DNA of 39,692 nucleotides from an uncultured Candidatus Peribacteria bacterium (GTDB lineage Bacteria; Patescibacteriota; Gracilibacteria; Peribacterales; Peribacteraceae): NCBI GenBank assembly GCA_964365905.1, contig CAYIRQ010000001.1, positions 1 to 39,692 of the forward strand, read 5' to 3'. Shown piece by piece: positions 31,583 to 39,692 of this stretch (position 1 is its first letter; each line of letters starts with the position of its first letter). The notes under the pieces were generated by a model. It saw only the letters and a program-made list of their open reading frames with translations, ran no database searches and was not told where the DNA came from. The position numbers and the translations under genes were made by a program.

Positions 31583-33198
31583 GGAGGATCTGCATCGCGT
31601 CTCTCGGGCTTTTCCTGCTTGCTTCCTGCATACGAGAGGAGAAGCCTACGACGCTTGATATCCCTCTCGGAAGTGCCGAGCTGCACACAATCTTCCAAGG
31701 ACTATATGACGCTGCGCAGCTACCCCCACGCGGCAGAACTCCACCAGTGCCCTTAGTCATCGTTCCGCATCACCTCACGGCTGCCGTGACCATTGCAGCC
31801 GGTATTCAATCAGTACAACCAGAGAAACCCTCCTCTGTTCTGCTTCTTTCCCCAGATCATTTCGATGCCTGTCCCACTTTGCTCTGTACAGGGAACATCC
31901 GTTTCCAAAGCACATTTGGGACAACGGAGCCGGATGCAGGTGTACTCAACGTGCTCCGTGCTTCGCCTCTTGTCTCCGAGCAGAGCGCGATGTTTCGACG
32001 GGAACATGGCATGCACGCTATTGTCCCTTTTATCGCGCATCTGAACCATGGAACACGAGTGACTCCACTCACGATAGCTATTCGCCCCGATTGGAAGGCG
32101 CAACGTGAAGCATTGCTCGCGCTCATCCGCCGCGCCATGGAACAGAATGTCACCCTCGTTATTAGCAGTGATTTCTCTCACTACCTTCCGCTCCGAGAGG
32201 CGGATGCCGAAGACGAGAAGACGGCAAAAGTACTCTTCTCGCGTGATTTTGATGGCATTGCGCGGCTCGAGAACCCCGCACAGAGTGATTGTCCCGCTTG
32301 CCTCTGGCTTGCCGCAAAGATCGCCGATGCGCGCAATGCCTACAATCCTTCCATTCTGCTCCACACGAATTCCGCGCGGCTGCTGCAGGAGGAGTCATCT
32401 CCATCAACGACCAGCCACTTCTCCATCGCATTCTACGAGAATGCGGCACTGTCGTCGGAGGATGCAGCATTCGCGGGAGATGTCACTCTTTCGAGAGCTA
32501 CAAGTGGAAGTCTGCTCAACCCTCCCCAGGGAGTGAGAGCATTCTGGGCAGGGACAGGACCGCGCATCGTGAACCTGGAAGGGCCACTACAGGAGCGTTG
32601 TCTACCGCAAGCGAATGAGTACATCTTCTGCAATCCTCTATCCCTATGGAAACAACTGCACCCCCTTGCGACGCACTGGGGAATAGAGAATAACCACAAG
32701 CTCGATCAGGGCGAGCGCGGATATAAGCAGATACGAGAGCTCATCGAACGGGAGGGAGAAATTCCTCTCAGCGAAGATGGCATCTTGGTTGATGGGATTC
32801 GCATCTTTGCCCTCACCAATGTCATGAATCCTGTATCCGAGGAGGAAGGCGATCTTGCTGGACAATACCGGAGAGTCATTCAGACCCTTCGCAGAGGGAG
32901 CGGCTCCGCGCTGCCGCAGGTCATATTCGTCCACGCAGGGACGGAATACCAGGCACTTCCTTCTGAGGAAGAGCAGAAGTATCTACGCAGCTTCGTGGAT
33001 AACGGGGCGATGGCGGTCATTGCGGCTCACAGCCATGCGCCAAGTGGCATGGAGATGTATAAGGGCGCTCCGATTTTCCATGGCTTAGGAAACTTCGTAT
33101 TCGATCAGCATGATCGTGCAGAGACATCCACGGCGAAGGTTGTGAGGCTACGGCCGGAAACGAGTGGTGTCTCATTTGAGACCCTCGTGGCGCGATAG
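31534..33198 (+). CDS. fusion protein: Memo/AmmeMemoRadiSam-B-like domain + CapA (PGA-synthesis metallophosphatase) domain
   Basis: The N-terminal half has VIVPHHL…VLLLSPDHF…REHGMHAIVPFIAH…VISSDFSHYLP…ADAEDEKT (Memo-like). The C-terminal half has FAGDVTLSR…IFVHAGTEYQALPSEEEQKYLRSFVDNGAMAVIAAHSHAPSGMEMYKGAPIFHGLGNFVFDQ (CapA-like). The N-terminus is lipobox-like (LGLFLLASC). The only ATG start overlaps the upstream gene by 49 nt. Confidence 0.8.
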   Translation: MAATQQLVRPPLPIAVRRICIASLGLFLLASCIREEKPTTLDIPLGSAELHTIFQGLYDAAQLPPRGRTPPVPLVIVPHHLTAAVTIAAGIQSVQPEKPSSVLLLSPDHFDACPTLLCTGNIRFQSTFGTTEPDAGVLNVLRASPLVSEQSAMFRREHGMHAIVPFIAHLNHGTRVTPLTIAIRPDWKAQREALLALIRRAMEQNVTLVISSDFSHYLPLREADAEDEKTAKVLFSRDFDGIARLENPAQSDCPACLWLAAKIADARNAYNPSILLHTNSARLLQEESSPSTTSHFSIAFYENAALSSEDAAFAGDVTLSRATSGSLLNPPQGVRAFWAGTGPRIVNLEGPLQERCLPQANEYIFCNPLSLWKQLHPLATHWGIENNHKLDQGERGYKQIRELIEREGEIPLSEDGILVDGIRIFALTNVMNPVSEEEGDLAGQYRRVIQTLRRGSGSALPQVIFVHAGTEYQALPSEEEQKYLRSFVDNGAMAVIAAHSHAPSGMEMYKGAPIFHGLGNFVFDQHDRAETSTAKVVRLRPETSGVSFETLVAR

Positions 33199-33264
33199 GA
33201 GAATAGATCTCCCTGGAACAACGATATCCCCATAGACCATGGGTCGCTTTCGACCAAAACATTC

Positions 33265-33356
33265 TGGCGGAGAGGGAGGGATTCGAACCCTCGATACGGT
33301 TTGACCCGTATACCACATTAGCAGTGTGGTGCTTTCGGCCACTCAGCCACCTCTCC
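33265..33356 (-). tRNA. tRNA-Ser (anticodon GCU), CCA encoded
   Basis: The reverse complement reads GGAGAGG-T-GGCTGAGTGGCCGAAAGC-A-CCACA-CTGCTAA-TGTGG-(long variable arm TATACGGGTCAAACCGTATC)-GAGGGTTCGAATCCCTC-CCTCTCC-G-CCA. Confidence 0.9.
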
Positions 33357-33384
33357 GTGGCACCTGTAGTGTAGCAAAGAGATG

Positions 33385-33474
33385 TGGCGGTGGGGGTGGG
33401 ATTCGAACCCACGATCCCCTTGCGGGGATAACAGTTTTCAAGACTGCCGCCATAGACCACTCGGCCACCCCACC
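33385..33474 (-). tRNA. tRNA-Ser (anticodon UGA), CCA encoded
   Basis: The reverse complement reads GGTGGGG-T-GGCCGAGTGGTCTATGGC-G-GCAGT-CTTGAAA-ACTGT-(variable arm TATCCCCGCAAGGGGATC)-GTGGGTTCGAATCCCAC-CCCCACC-G-CCA. Confidence 0.9.
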
Positions 33475-33533
33475 ACAGGTATCGTACCATTTCTGCAGAG
33501 TTGGAAACGATGAGCAGACCGAGGTGTTTCTGA

Positions 33534-34043
33534 CTATCGCGTCACTTCAATCACCGGCGGCTCCCCTTCTCCGCCCTGTCCCTCGGCCTCCGCATCGCAC
33601 GCGCCGACGCTTACGATGCCGTATTCATCGCGATTCACGTAGTAGCGACTTTCGCTGCGGTTACCGGTTTTCGGATCTTCCGGAATCGTTTTGAGGTATG
33701 GTCGAAGATCAGTGACAAAGGACCGGAACACACACTCCGTTTCCGCGATCGGCTGCTTCGCGCACGTGAGTTCAGAGCAAGGTTTTGCCCGTTCACCAAT
33801 AATCTGGACAGTCCCAAAATCTTCATCCATCGCAGGAAGAACACCATCGTGATCGAACTGGTATTTCTTGATGGCTTCGAGAATCGCGGTGATATCGACC
33901 CACCGCGTCGCATTTCGTGCCGTCTGCAAGCGTCGTGCCGGATCAATGGCAACGAAAACCGTCGAAGCAACGACGGCGATCATCGCAACGACCATAATGA
34001 GTTCGATCAATGTGAATCCGGATCTGTTGCAGAATGCTTTCAT
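33534..34043 (-). CDS. type IV pilin (prepilin-type N-terminal cleavage/methylation domain)
   Basis: The ATG at 34043 gives MKAFCNRSG|FTLIELIMVVAMIAVVASTVFVAI, with Gly-1, Phe+1 and Glu+5. It is about 55% similar by eye to the adjacent pilin and has conserved Cys pairs. Confidence 0.85.
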   Translation of the reverse strand: MKAFCNRSGFTLIELIMVVAMIAVVASTVFVAIDPARRLQTARNATRWVDITAILEAIKKYQFDHDGVLPAMDEDFGTVQIIGERAKPCSELTCAKQPIAETECVFRSFVTDLRPYLKTIPEDPKTGNRSESRYYVNRDEYGIVSVGACDAEAEGQGGEGEPPVIEVTR

Positions 34044-34083
34044 AGCGAACAACGAAGAACGAAGAACGAAAAACAAAGATTTG

Positions 34084-34605
34084 TCATCTACTCACTTCAA
34101 TGACGGGGACCTCGCCTTTTCCTCTCTCCCCTTCCCCCTCCTCATCGCACGCTCCCACGACAATGAGGCCATCGCTATTGCGGTTCACGTAGTATCGGGT
34201 GTCGGCAGGGCTCCCATTGCCGGGATCCACGGGCAGGCGCTTGAGATACGGCGTGAGATCTCCTTTCAGTCCTGAGGCATAGCACTGTGCTTTCGGGAAG
34301 GAAACACCGGGACAGAAAGAAGCGAGATCCTCACAGGAGGACGTGCTGTTTCCGATGAGCTGCACGCTCTCCGAAAGCGAATCGATCGCAACGGATGTCC
34401 GTGGAAGACTCCCCCCATGATCCACCTGATACGTTTTGATTGCTTCGAGAATCGCCCGCGCATCCGTCCACCTCGATGTATTACGCGTTGCACTCAATCT
34501 GCGTGCCGGGTCTACGGCAACGAAGACGGCAGAAACCACGATCGCGATCATTGCGACCACGATAATCAGCTCGATCATGGTGAAACCTCGGCGAAGTCCC
34601 GCCAT
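34084..34605 (-). CDS. type IV pilin, tandem paralog
   Basis: The ATG at 34605 gives MAGLRRG|FTMIELIIVVAMIAIVVSAVFVAV. The shared body reads DPARRL…RN.SRW.D..AILEAIK.YQ.DH.G…YYVNR…GACD.E.EG..G.GE.PVIEV.R. Confidence 0.85.
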   Translation of the reverse strand: MAGLRRGFTMIELIIVVAMIAIVVSAVFVAVDPARRLSATRNTSRWTDARAILEAIKTYQVDHGGSLPRTSVAIDSLSESVQLIGNSTSSCEDLASFCPGVSFPKAQCYASGLKGDLTPYLKRLPVDPGNGSPADTRYYVNRNSDGLIVVGACDEEGEGERGKGEVPVIEVSR

Positions 34606-34709
34606 TGCGGGACGTAGACGGGTGAAACCCGGTTGGGAAGCGCCTTTTTGCCGCATAGTTCGATGGGGGAGAGTACAAGGGGAGGTCTTTTGCCGCCATC
34701 CCGGTGACA

Positions 34710-34738
34710 TAGGCAAAATGTCGTTTTTCTGCTATAAT
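34710..34738 (+). promoter_or_regulatory. candidate sigma70-type promoter for pilB operon
   Basis: TAGGCA (34710-34715), a 17-nt spacer, then a perfect TATAAT (34733-34738). The -10 box ends 26 nt upstream of the pilB ATG, in the divergent pilin/pilB intergenic region. This is a sequence match only. Confidence 0.35.
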
Positions 34739-34764
34739 TACCTGATTTATACCCGTTTTGCGGC

Positions 34765-36483
34765 ATGCCCGCGGAAATAAACATCAAAACTCCCCAAACC
34801 GGCGAAAAGGCACTCGACCGGGCGGTCGTCGACATGCTCCTGCAGAGCGAACTCCTCGATGCAGACAAAATCCATGCACTGACGGAACGAAGCTTCGGAG
34901 ATGAGGCTGCCTTCGAGCGTCTGCTCCTCAGCGAAGGACACATTTCAGAGGAGCAGCTGACGTGGGTGAAATCACAGGCGTACGGCGATGCCTTCGTGGA
35001 CCTGCACCGTCAATCCATTCCTCAGGAGGTCCTCAGCGTCCTGCCCGCAACCTTCGCGAAGAAGCAACGCGTTGTTCCTTTCCGGGAACCGGATGGTGCC
35101 ATCTCCTTCGCAGTCGCATCGGGAACATCCAGAAGCATTCGGCGCATTCTCCGAAAGAAATTCGGAATGCAGGTGCGCATCGCTTCCGCGATGGAATCGG
35201 CCGTGGCCGAGGTGCTCACGCGTTATGACGGAGGGTTTCAGGAGCGATCCGCAAAGATTCTCGCGCGCTATCAGGAAGCAAAAGTGGGAGGAGCCATGGA
35301 TGACGATACCGTTCCCGCGCTCGTGGATGCACTCTTGCTCCATGGCGTGCAGGACGGGGCATCCGACATTCACCTCGAGCCGCGAGCGAAAGATTGCGCC
35401 GTTCGGGTGCGTGTCGACGGCGTTCTCCGGATTCTTCTTCGCTATGCCATCGATATGCACCCCCTCCTTGTTCTGCGGATCAAGGTGCTCGCGGGTCTCG
35501 CAACGGACGAACACACGGCTCCGCAGGACGGAAAGTTCGCATACATCGGCCCCGATGGCAAACAGGTGGATGTCCGTGTCTCAATCGTCGCGACCACGCA
35601 CGGAGAAAAGATCGTCTTGCGTCTCCTCCTCCCACAGAATTGGGCGCTCTCGTTTGAACACTTGGGACTGAATACGCACGATCGCGCACTCCTCACCAGA
35701 GAAATGGAGCGTTCCTGGGGAATGATCCTTGCAACAGGCCCAACGGGATGCGGTAAGACAACGACGCTCTACTCCGTTCTTTGTGCCCTCAATTCCGACG
35801 ACGTGAATCTGGCAACAATCGAGGATCCCGTGGAATACGATCTTGCGGGAACGAATCAGATGCAGGTAAATGAAAAGTTCGGGATCACGTTCGCGACGGG
35901 TCTCCGTTCCATCGTGCGTCAGGACCCGGATATCATCCTCGTCGGAGAAGTCCGTGACCCTGATACCGCCAGCATTGCCGTGAACGCTGCGATGACCGGT
36001 CACCTCGTGCTCTCGACCCTGCACACAAATGACGCGGCGACCGCCATCATCCGTCTGCGGAACATGGGCGTGGAACCGTTCCTCATCTCCTCGACCGTCA
36101 ACATGATCATCGCACAACGTCTTGTGCGGAAGATCTGCGTGCAGTGTCGAAGCAGTATCGAAGTGTCTGCTTCTGAGCTCACGAAATCCATCTCCGAACA
36201 CAGTGCGAATCACATTCTGCGGAAACGCGACTCGGTTCGTTTGTATCGCGGCAAGGGATGCGACGCCTGCGCAGGAACGGGATATCGCGACCGTACGGGA
36301 ATCTTCGAGGTGATGATCGTCACCGATGCCATTCGTTCGCTCGTTGCAGAAAGTGCTGATGCGGAAGTGATAGAGAAAGCGGCGATTCAGGGGGGGATGA
36401 CGACGATGCTCGATGACGGTCTGGAAAAAGCCGTGGAAGGAATCACGACACTGGAAGAAGTTCTTCGCGTTATTCGTTCCTAA
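34765..36483 (+). CDS. pilB: type IV pilus assembly ATPase PilB (GspE family)
   Basis: 572 aa. It has an N-terminal GSPII_E_N-like domain, Walker A GPTGCGKTTT, an Asp box EDPVE, Walker B ILVGEVRD, a His box TGHLVLSTLHTN and a tetracysteine CVQC…CDAC. Confidence 0.95.
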   Translation: MPAEINIKTPQTGEKALDRAVVDMLLQSELLDADKIHALTERSFGDEAAFERLLLSEGHISEEQLTWVKSQAYGDAFVDLHRQSIPQEVLSVLPATFAKKQRVVPFREPDGAISFAVASGTSRSIRRILRKKFGMQVRIASAMESAVAEVLTRYDGGFQERSAKILARYQEAKVGGAMDDDTVPALVDALLLHGVQDGASDIHLEPRAKDCAVRVRVDGVLRILLRYAIDMHPLLVLRIKVLAGLATDEHTAPQDGKFAYIGPDGKQVDVRVSIVATTHGEKIVLRLLLPQNWALSFEHLGLNTHDRALLTREMERSWGMILATGPTGCGKTTTLYSVLCALNSDDVNLATIEDPVEYDLAGTNQMQVNEKFGITFATGLRSIVRQDPDIILVGEVRDPDTASIAVNAAMTGHLVLSTLHTNDAATAIIRLRNMGVEPFLISSTVNMIIAQRLVRKICVQCRSSIEVSASELTKSISEHSANHILRKRDSVRLYRGKGCDACAGTGYRDRTGIFEVMIVTDAIRSLVAESADAEVIEKAAIQGGMTTMLDDGLEKAVEGITTLEEVLRVIRS

Positions 36484-36489
36484 TGTTCT

Positions 36490-37545
36490 ATGCTTCCGCT
36501 TCTTGCCCGACGCGCGACACCCATGGAAGTGCTCACGCTCATGCGCAATCTTTCCGTGACGCTCAAGGCGGGCGTGCCGCTCACGCGGGCGCTCGCGCTC
36601 TTCGAACAGGATTCCCCTCTGCGACTGCGTCCGATCCTGCGGCATCTCCGGCGGAGTCTCGAGACCGGTCACCCGCTCGCACAAGCTCTTCAGAGTTCTC
36701 CGCGCGCATTTCCTCCACTCGTGATCAACCTCGTGCGCACCGGTGAACTCGGGGGAACGCTGCGGGAAAATCTGGAACAGATCGTTAAGCATCTAAAAAA
36801 AGTGCTGGATCTCAAGCGCAAAATCCGCAGCGCCATGATGTATCCGATGTTCGTCCTCATCGCGCTCGTCGGGCTGGGACTTTCGGTGAGCACGCTCGTA
36901 CTTCCGGAGCTCCTTCCGCTCTTTGAGTCTCTCGACGTCGAGCTGCCGTGGACCACGCGCCTTCTCCTCAAGCTCGCCGCATTCTTTGAACTCTACAGTT
37001 TTCCCTTCACGGTCGGCGTCTTTTCCTCGATTATTCTTCTCTTTGCGCTCTCCCGCCTCGAAGCCGTTCGTTCATTTCTCCATCGCTGCACGCTGCTCCT
37101 CCCCTATGTCCGCGTGCTCCAGAAGCAATCCGCGATCGCCTACATTGCGGGCACTCTCGCAACACTCCTCCGCAGCGGTATTCCGATTCAGGAAGCCGTT
37201 CTTGCGACCGCTGATGCGACGAATAATCGCGTGTTCCGTCGCGCACTCCAGAAAACGCTGCCCGCCATCAAATCCGGTCATACCTTCGCGCATGCGCTTG
37301 CTGAATCGGGAAAGCTGTTCCCCGACATGACGGTCGCGCTCGTCGATATCGGCGAGAGTACCGGCACGCTCGTCGAAACCATGGAATATCTCGCGGAGTA
37401 TTACGAAGGCGAAGTGGATTATTCCATGCGGAATCTCACGGTGGCGCTCGAACCGCTCCTTCTCATCCTCATCGGTTTGCTCGTCGGCGGCACGGTTCTC
37501 TCGATTATTACCCCCATCTACGATGTCACGGGAAGCATTCAGTAG
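36490..37545 (+). CDS. pilC: type IV pilus platform protein PilC (GspF family)
   Basis: 351 aa with two GspF-type repeats (…RNLSVTLKAGVPLTRALALF… and …IAGTLATLLRSGIPIQEAVLAT…) and three TM segments. The C-terminus reads …PLLLILIGLLVGGTVLSIITPIY. It is shorter at the N-terminus than typical PilC. Confidence 0.9.
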   Translation: MLPLLARRATPMEVLTLMRNLSVTLKAGVPLTRALALFEQDSPLRLRPILRHLRRSLETGHPLAQALQSSPRAFPPLVINLVRTGELGGTLRENLEQIVKHLKKVLDLKRKIRSAMMYPMFVLIALVGLGLSVSTLVLPELLPLFESLDVELPWTTRLLLKLAAFFELYSFPFTVGVFSSIILLFALSRLEAVRSFLHRCTLLLPYVRVLQKQSAIAYIAGTLATLLRSGIPIQEAVLATADATNNRVFRRALQKTLPAIKSGHTFAHALAESGKLFPDMTVALVDIGESTGTLVETMEYLAEYYEGEVDYSMRNLTVALEPLLLILIGLLVGGTVLSIITPIYDVTGSIQ

Positions 37546-37981
37546 GCCCGGCTTCACCGTTATCGAAATGATCGTGGTTCTCGCGATCTTCATTCTCTCC
37601 GCGGCCGTGACGCTCCCGTTTCTCGGAACGTTCCAGCAAACCGAGGATCTCGAGACCATCAGTGTGGACGCGCTTCTCGCACTTCGTCGCGCGCAGAGTC
37701 GCACCATGAGCGGGCAGCGGGACAGCAGCTGGGGTGTGCATTTTCAGGTCGGAGGATTCACGCTGTTTGCCGGGGAGAGTTTTGAGAAAAGAGAGGTTGC
37801 ATTCGATGAAGCACATGTGGTTCCGGTGGCGTATTCCTTTACGGGACTGACGACGGTGCGCTTCGTCCGTCCCCATGGCCTTCCGATCGCTGCAGGAACG
37901 CTCTTCATTGCGCATCCCTCCAACGTAGCCGCTCATATCGACGTGAATGCCGCCGGAGCAATTTTCCTCGAAGATGAATGA
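37523..37981 (+). CDS. pseudopilin / minor pilin (prepilin-type N-terminal domain)
   Basis: MSREAFSRPG|FTVIEMIVVLAIFILSAAVTLPF has Gly-1, Phe+1 and Glu+5. It is 152 aa, overlaps pilC by 23 nt and overlaps the next ORF by ATGA. Confidence 0.8.
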   Translation: MSREAFSRPGFTVIEMIVVLAIFILSAAVTLPFLGTFQQTEDLETISVDALLALRRAQSRTMSGQRDSSWGVHFQVGGFTLFAGESFEKREVAFDEAHVVPVAYSFTGLTTVRFVRPHGLPIAAGTLFIAHPSNVAAHIDVNAAGAIFLEDE

Positions 37982-39692
37982 CACAAATTTCTTCCCATCG
38001 CCGTGGGCAAACGCTCGTCGAAGCCATTGTTGCGATGGGCGTTGTCATCGTCTTTGCATCCGCTCTCGGCCGCCTCATTCTCGGCGCGTACGAGGGACGG
38101 AGAGTGGCGAACGAGCGGACCGAAGCGTCCTACCTCGCCTGGGAAGGACTTGAAGCAGCGAGGTCCATTGCAGAGCAGAATTTTCAATCTCTTCAGAACG
38201 GGACCTATGGGCTTACGTCCGATGCCAGCGGCACGCTGCTCACGAGGGAACCTGACACTCATGGAAAATTTCTCCGGGAGATCACGATCGGTCCCGTTTT
38301 ACGCGACGAACATGGTACCATTTCCCAGAGTGGCATGGAGCTCGATAAGAGAACGAAAGCGGTCACCTCTTCCATAACGTGGACTCCGGCACATGGACGT
38401 CCGCAGGCCGTGCGCACCTTCACCTATCTCACCGATTGGTTTCGACCACGCTGGTTGATCGACCTTCTCACTGAGTTTCTTCCTGGTAACAGCCATGCCA
38501 CCGCTCTCACCGAAGAACACAACGGAGAAGTTTCTCTCGAACATGGATCGCTACGGGAGCTCTCCGTCTTTCACGAAGAAACATTGCCCTTTCCAGGGGT
38601 TGTTCGTGACCTGCTCCTCGATCCCATCGCAGATCGTCTGTACGTCGCAACGGCGAATAATGCCGATGGGCAGGAAGTGTTTGTCTATGACACCGCGAAT
38701 CTGAGCGCACGGGAGTTCCCGTTGCTCGGATCGGTAAATCTGGAGGATGGAGCGACGGCGCTTGCCGCAGATGACGAGTATTTGTACGTCGGAACGGAAG
38801 ACGGCGACAGGGAAATTCAGGTGGTGGATCTCGATGACTACACAGTGAAAACAACGTGGGATCTCATGGACAGCGCGACCCCGATTGATTTTGCGTTTGA
38901 TGAAGCGAACCAGCGTCTGTATGTCGTGACAACGAACGAGGCATTCCATGCGCCGGAAGTTGCACGATTTTCATTTTTGAATAATGTCTGGAAGGCGCTT
39001 GGCCGAAAAGCGTCAAAAATATTTCCCCTTGAACGCGCACTCGCTCAAAGCGTTCCCACTTGCCAGGGGCAAACAGCGACGATCTATGTAAATAGCAGCA
39101 ATAAAATTGTGGGGGGTCCGGACGATGGCGACACGTATGCGGGGACACTCGATGGCACGAGCGGTGCGGATGTGATGGTCGGCACAAGTTCCGCGGATAC
39201 CATCGACGGCAAAGGCGGAGCTGATACCATCTGTGGTGAAGGCGGAAACGACACGCTCAAGGGCGGAAACGGAAATGATACGATCGTTGGAGGAGATGGA
39301 AACGACTCAGTCCAGGGGGAAGGAAACGACGACACGCTGACCGGCGATGAAGGAAATGACACCGTGGAAGGAGGGAATGGCGATGACGTCGCGTACGGCG
39401 GAAACGGCGATGATACGGTGAAAGGCGATGGCAATAACGATACGGTATATGGGGACGCCGGAACGGATACTGTGGAGGGAGGCAATGGAGACGATACGGT
39501 CTACGGAGGAAGCGGCAACGATACCGTCAAGGGGAACGGAGGAACGAATACGCTCTATGGAGAAGCGGGGAACGACGCATTCACCGGCGGGAGCGGCGAT
39601 GACACGATATTTGGCGGCAGCGGCAATGACACTTTTGATGGACAGGGCGGGGCCGACATCGAATGCGGAGAAGCGGGCGCCGACACATTGAA
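37978..39692 (+). CDS. large modular pilin-like protein with propeller-like repeats and RTX calcium-binding repeats (3' end beyond window)
   Basis: Frame +1 is open for 571 codons from ATG 37978 to the window edge (hand translated; not in the ORF track). The N-terminus is MTQISSHRRG|QTLVEAIVAMGVVIVFASAL. The middle has …DRLYVATANNADGQEVFVYD… and …EYLYVGTEDGDREIQVVDLDD…. From about 39154 there are consecutive GGxGxDxUx nonapeptides. Confidence 0.8.
   Translation, partial: MTQISSHRRGQTLVEAIVAMGVVIVFASALGRLILGAYEGRRVANERTEASYLAWEGLEAARSIAEQNFQSLQNGTYGLTSDASGTLLTREPDTHGKFLREITIGPVLRDEHGTISQSGMELDKRTKAVTSSITWTPAHGRPQAVRTFTYLTDWFRPRWLIDLLTEFLPGNSHATALTEEHNGEVSLEHGSLRELSVFHEETLPFPGVVRDLLLDPIADRLYVATANNADGQEVFVYDTANLSAREFPLLGSVNLEDGATALAADDEYLYVGTEDGDREIQVVDLDDYTVKTTWDLMDSATPIDFAFDEANQRLYVVTTNEAFHAPEVARFSFLNNVWKALGRKASKIFPLERALAQSVPTCQGQTATIYVNSSNKIVGGPDDGDTYAGTLDGTSGADVMVGTSSADTIDGKGGADTICGEGGNDTLKGGNGNDTIVGGDGNDSVQGEGNDDTLTGDEGNDTVEGGNGDDVAYGGNGDDTVKGDGNNDTVYGDAGTDTVEGGNGDDTVYGGSGNDTVKGNGGTNTLYGEAGNDAFTGGSGDDTIFGGSGNDTFDGQGGADIECGEAGADTL

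Noticed and set aside
35581-36792. 403-aa minus-strand ORF across the pilB/pilC junction.
   Set aside because: It is antisense to two unambiguous genes (Walker motifs, GspF repeats). Its composition is dominated by R, H and E runs. It is a shadow ORF.
39084-39485. 133-aa minus-strand Pro/Ser/Val-rich ORF.
   Set aside because: It is the antisense reading of the RTX nonapeptide array. Its periodicity is inherited from the GGxGxD repeats on the + strand.
1-39692. Possibility of an alternative genetic code (TGA recoding, as in some candidate phyla).
   Set aside because: Recognisable genes terminate at TGA, TAA and TAG with normal lengths. Examples are the RAYT, Gmad2-like and pseudopilin genes at TGA, and pgk, xer and pilB at TAA. 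No conserved domain is interrupted by an in-frame TGA.

Overview
This 39.7-kb window looks like it comes from a reduced-genome, Gram-positive-type bacterium. A Patescibacteria/CPR-like origin is my inference from gene content only. The standard genetic code fits, because recognisable genes end at TAA, TAG or TGA with normal lengths.

Confidently recognised core genes:
- pgk, tyrS, a stand-alone riboflavin kinase, pterin-4a-carbinolamine dehydratase and a ROK sugar kinase.
- A pentose-phosphate set: tkt, tal and gnd.
- tRNA-Lys(UUU), tRNA-Ser(GCU) and tRNA-Ser(UGA).
- A single Xer-family tyrosine recombinase.

Much of the rest encodes envelope or surface proteins:
- An LPXTG protein and its paralog.
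- Two SLH-domain proteins.
- A Gmad2-like protein, a DUF3160-like lipoprotein and a Memo-CapA fusion lipoprotein.
- Three adjacent paralogous large surface proteins.
- A type IV pilus locus: two tandem pilins divergent from pilB-pilC-pseudopilin.

Most interesting observations:
1. An open-ended ORF (37978 to the window end) is absent from the supplied ORF track. It has a prepilin-type N-terminus, propeller-like repeats and at least 18 RTX nonapeptides.
2. A paralogous surface-protein cluster (14836-20750) includes a 1026-aa ORF whose N-terminus is an IS481-like transposase HTH module. That module reads in frame into a multi-TM surface protein.
3. A dif-like 11-6-11 site lies 18 nt upstream of xer, beside an AT-rich three-gene islet with two tandem GIY-YIG nucleases and an unknown gene.
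4. An IS200/RAYT-type Y1 transposase is flanked by hairpins and a 23-bp tandem repeat.
5. A 106-nt three-way-junction inverted-repeat element sits at the 3' end of an SLH gene.

All family calls come from motif recognition by eye. No database search was possible.
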